Below are positions 62,721-64,000 of a DNA stretch of 64,000 bases, one piece after another. A program made the translations under genes and the position numbers. The stretch is from Puniceicoccaceae bacterium (GTDB taxonomy: Bacteria > Verrucomicrobiota > Verrucomicrobiia > Opitutales > Oceanipulchritudinaceae), in assembly GCA_040830765.1 (NCBI GenBank), contig JBFOMH010000017.1, positions 256,001 through 320,000 of the forward strand, written 5' to 3'. Within the stretch, counting starts at the first letter, position 1, and each line of letters opens with the position of its first letter. The notes below the pieces were generated by a model that made no database searches, was not told the origin of the DNA, and saw only the letters and a program-made list of their open reading frames with translations.

Positions 62721-64000
62721 CTACTTGGTGTTGAGCCGTTCGACGGTCTTTTTCTCAAGGTCCCTCGGCATCTCCTCGTAGTGGGAGAAGGATTCCGAGT
62801 GGAAGCCGCGTCCACCAGTGATGGACCGCAGTGAGGTACTGTAGCGATACAGCTCCATCATCGGTACCGATGCCCGGATAACCTGGAATTTACCGTCTGT
62901 GTCCATCCCCTGGATGCGCCCGCGGCGACTGGAAATGTCGCCCATGACGTCGCCCATGAAATCTTCCGGAACCTTGACCTCAATGGACATGATAGGCTCC
63001 AGCAGACAGGGAGAAGCATCCATGAAAGCCTGCTTGAAGGCCTCCTTGCCGGCAATCTGGAAGGCAATGTCCTTGGAATCGACTGGGTGCATCTTGCCGT
63101 CATAAAAGTCGATTTTGACGTCAGTGACGTGGCAATGGGCCATGATACCCTCGCTGCAGGCGGATTGGACACCCTTTTCCACCGAGGGAACAAAGACGCG
63201 GTCCACATTCTGGCCCACGAGGGACTGATTGAAGTCCACACCCGAGTCCCTGGGCAGGGGCTCGATGCGCATCCAGACCTCTGCGAACTGTCCCGCGCCA
63301 CCAGTCTGCTTCTTGTGCCGGTACTTGGACTCAGCCTTTTTGCGGATTGTCTCCCGGAAGGGGACTTTCGGCTCGCGCAAGGTGATCTCGACATTGAAGC
63401 GCCGCTTGAGGCGGCTCTTGATTACTTCCAGATGCAGTTCTCCTTGTCCGGAAAGGACCATTTCCGCGGTCTCCATGTTGTTGACATAGAGGAAGGTCGG
63501 GTCCTCCTCGTGCAGCGTGGCCAGACCTTCGGCGAGTTTGTCTTCATCGCCTTTGGCTTCAACTTCCAGGGCACCATGGATGTTTGGCTTGGGATACTCG
63601 ACCGCCGGCAGCTTAACCTTCCGGTCGGGACTGCAGAGTGTATTCCCGGTATGCGTGTCCCGCAGTTTGACCATGACGCCAATGTCGCCTGCGGTCAGCT
63701 TGTCGATCGATTCGCGCTCATGTCCCTGCAGGGTGTAGAGCTGGCCAATTTTCTCCGGACAATCCCGGTCCGTATTGTAGAGTTCCATACCGGGCTTGAT
63801 CTCGCCCGAATAGAGTCGGCAGAAGGAAAGCTCGCCCACATGTGGCTCGCTGATGGTCTTGAAAATATAGCAGGCCGATGACTTGTCGGAGAGCGAGATT
63901 TCCACCTCTTCGCCTTTGGAATCAAGTGCCGGTACCGTCTTGCGGTCAACCGGACTGCTGCCGTACTTGGCGATGAAATCCATCAGCCGGACAACGCCGA
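62721..64000 (-). CDS. fusA: Elongation factor G family protein (probably an EF-G2-type paralog); 5' part outside the window
   Basis: EEDPTF, GQGELHLE, KKQTGGAGQF, HPVDS, LLEPIM, GDVMGDISSRRG; frame stays open to the window end. Confidence 0.9.
   Translation of the reverse strand, partial: GVVRLMDFIAKYGSSPVDRKTVPALDSKGEEVEISLSDKSSACYIFKTISEPHVGELSFCRLYSGEIKPGMELYNTDRDCPEKIGQLYTLQGHERESIDKLTAGDIGVMVKLRDTHTGNTLCSPDRKVKLPAVEYPKPNIHGALEVEAKGDEDKLAEGLATLHEEDPTFLYVNNMETAEMVLSGQGELHLEVIKSRLKRRFNVEITLREPKVPFRETIRKKAESKYRHKKQTGGAGQFAEVWMRIEPLPRDSGVDFNQSLVGQNVDRVFVPSVEKGVQSACSEGIMAHCHVTDVKIDFYDGKMHPVDSKDIAFQIAGKEAFKQAFMDASPCLLEPIMSIEVKVPEDFMGDVMGDISSRRGRIQGMDTDGKFQVIRASVPMMELYRYSTSLRSITGGRGFHSESFSHYEEMPRDLEKKTVERLNTK

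Overview
A dense, largely housekeeping 64 kb chromosomal region with about 50 intact CDSs. I saw no rRNA, tRNA, CRISPR array, transposase or integrase. A PVC-type small basic protein, a PEP-CTERM protein, lpxK and mcsA-mcsB-clpC without ctsR suggest a Verrucomicrobiota (probably Opitutia) genome; this is an inference. Core blocks: nusA-infB-rbfA-nrnA-truB-ribF (rimP-type leader terminator present, rimP absent), sucA-sucB-lpdA, rnr with a CBS-pyrophosphatase, ilvE-mcsA-mcsB-clpC, and a partial EF-G paralog. Four modules deserve follow-up: (1) a CheY-like receiver, a 66-aa protein with a FliM/CheZ-like peptide and a lone PilB/GspE ATPase, next to a free Hpt protein; (2) an ECF sigma, an anti-sigma ending in a PDZ-ligand-like C-terminus and a protease-less PDZ protein; (3) a beta-barrel, short OPX and Wzc polysaccharide export set with a divergent TPR protein; (4) an internally duplicated unknown protein upstream of a Na+-pumping pyrophosphatase. 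A fasciclin gene at the left edge is missing from the ORF track. All calls come from motif recognition by eye; no searches were run.
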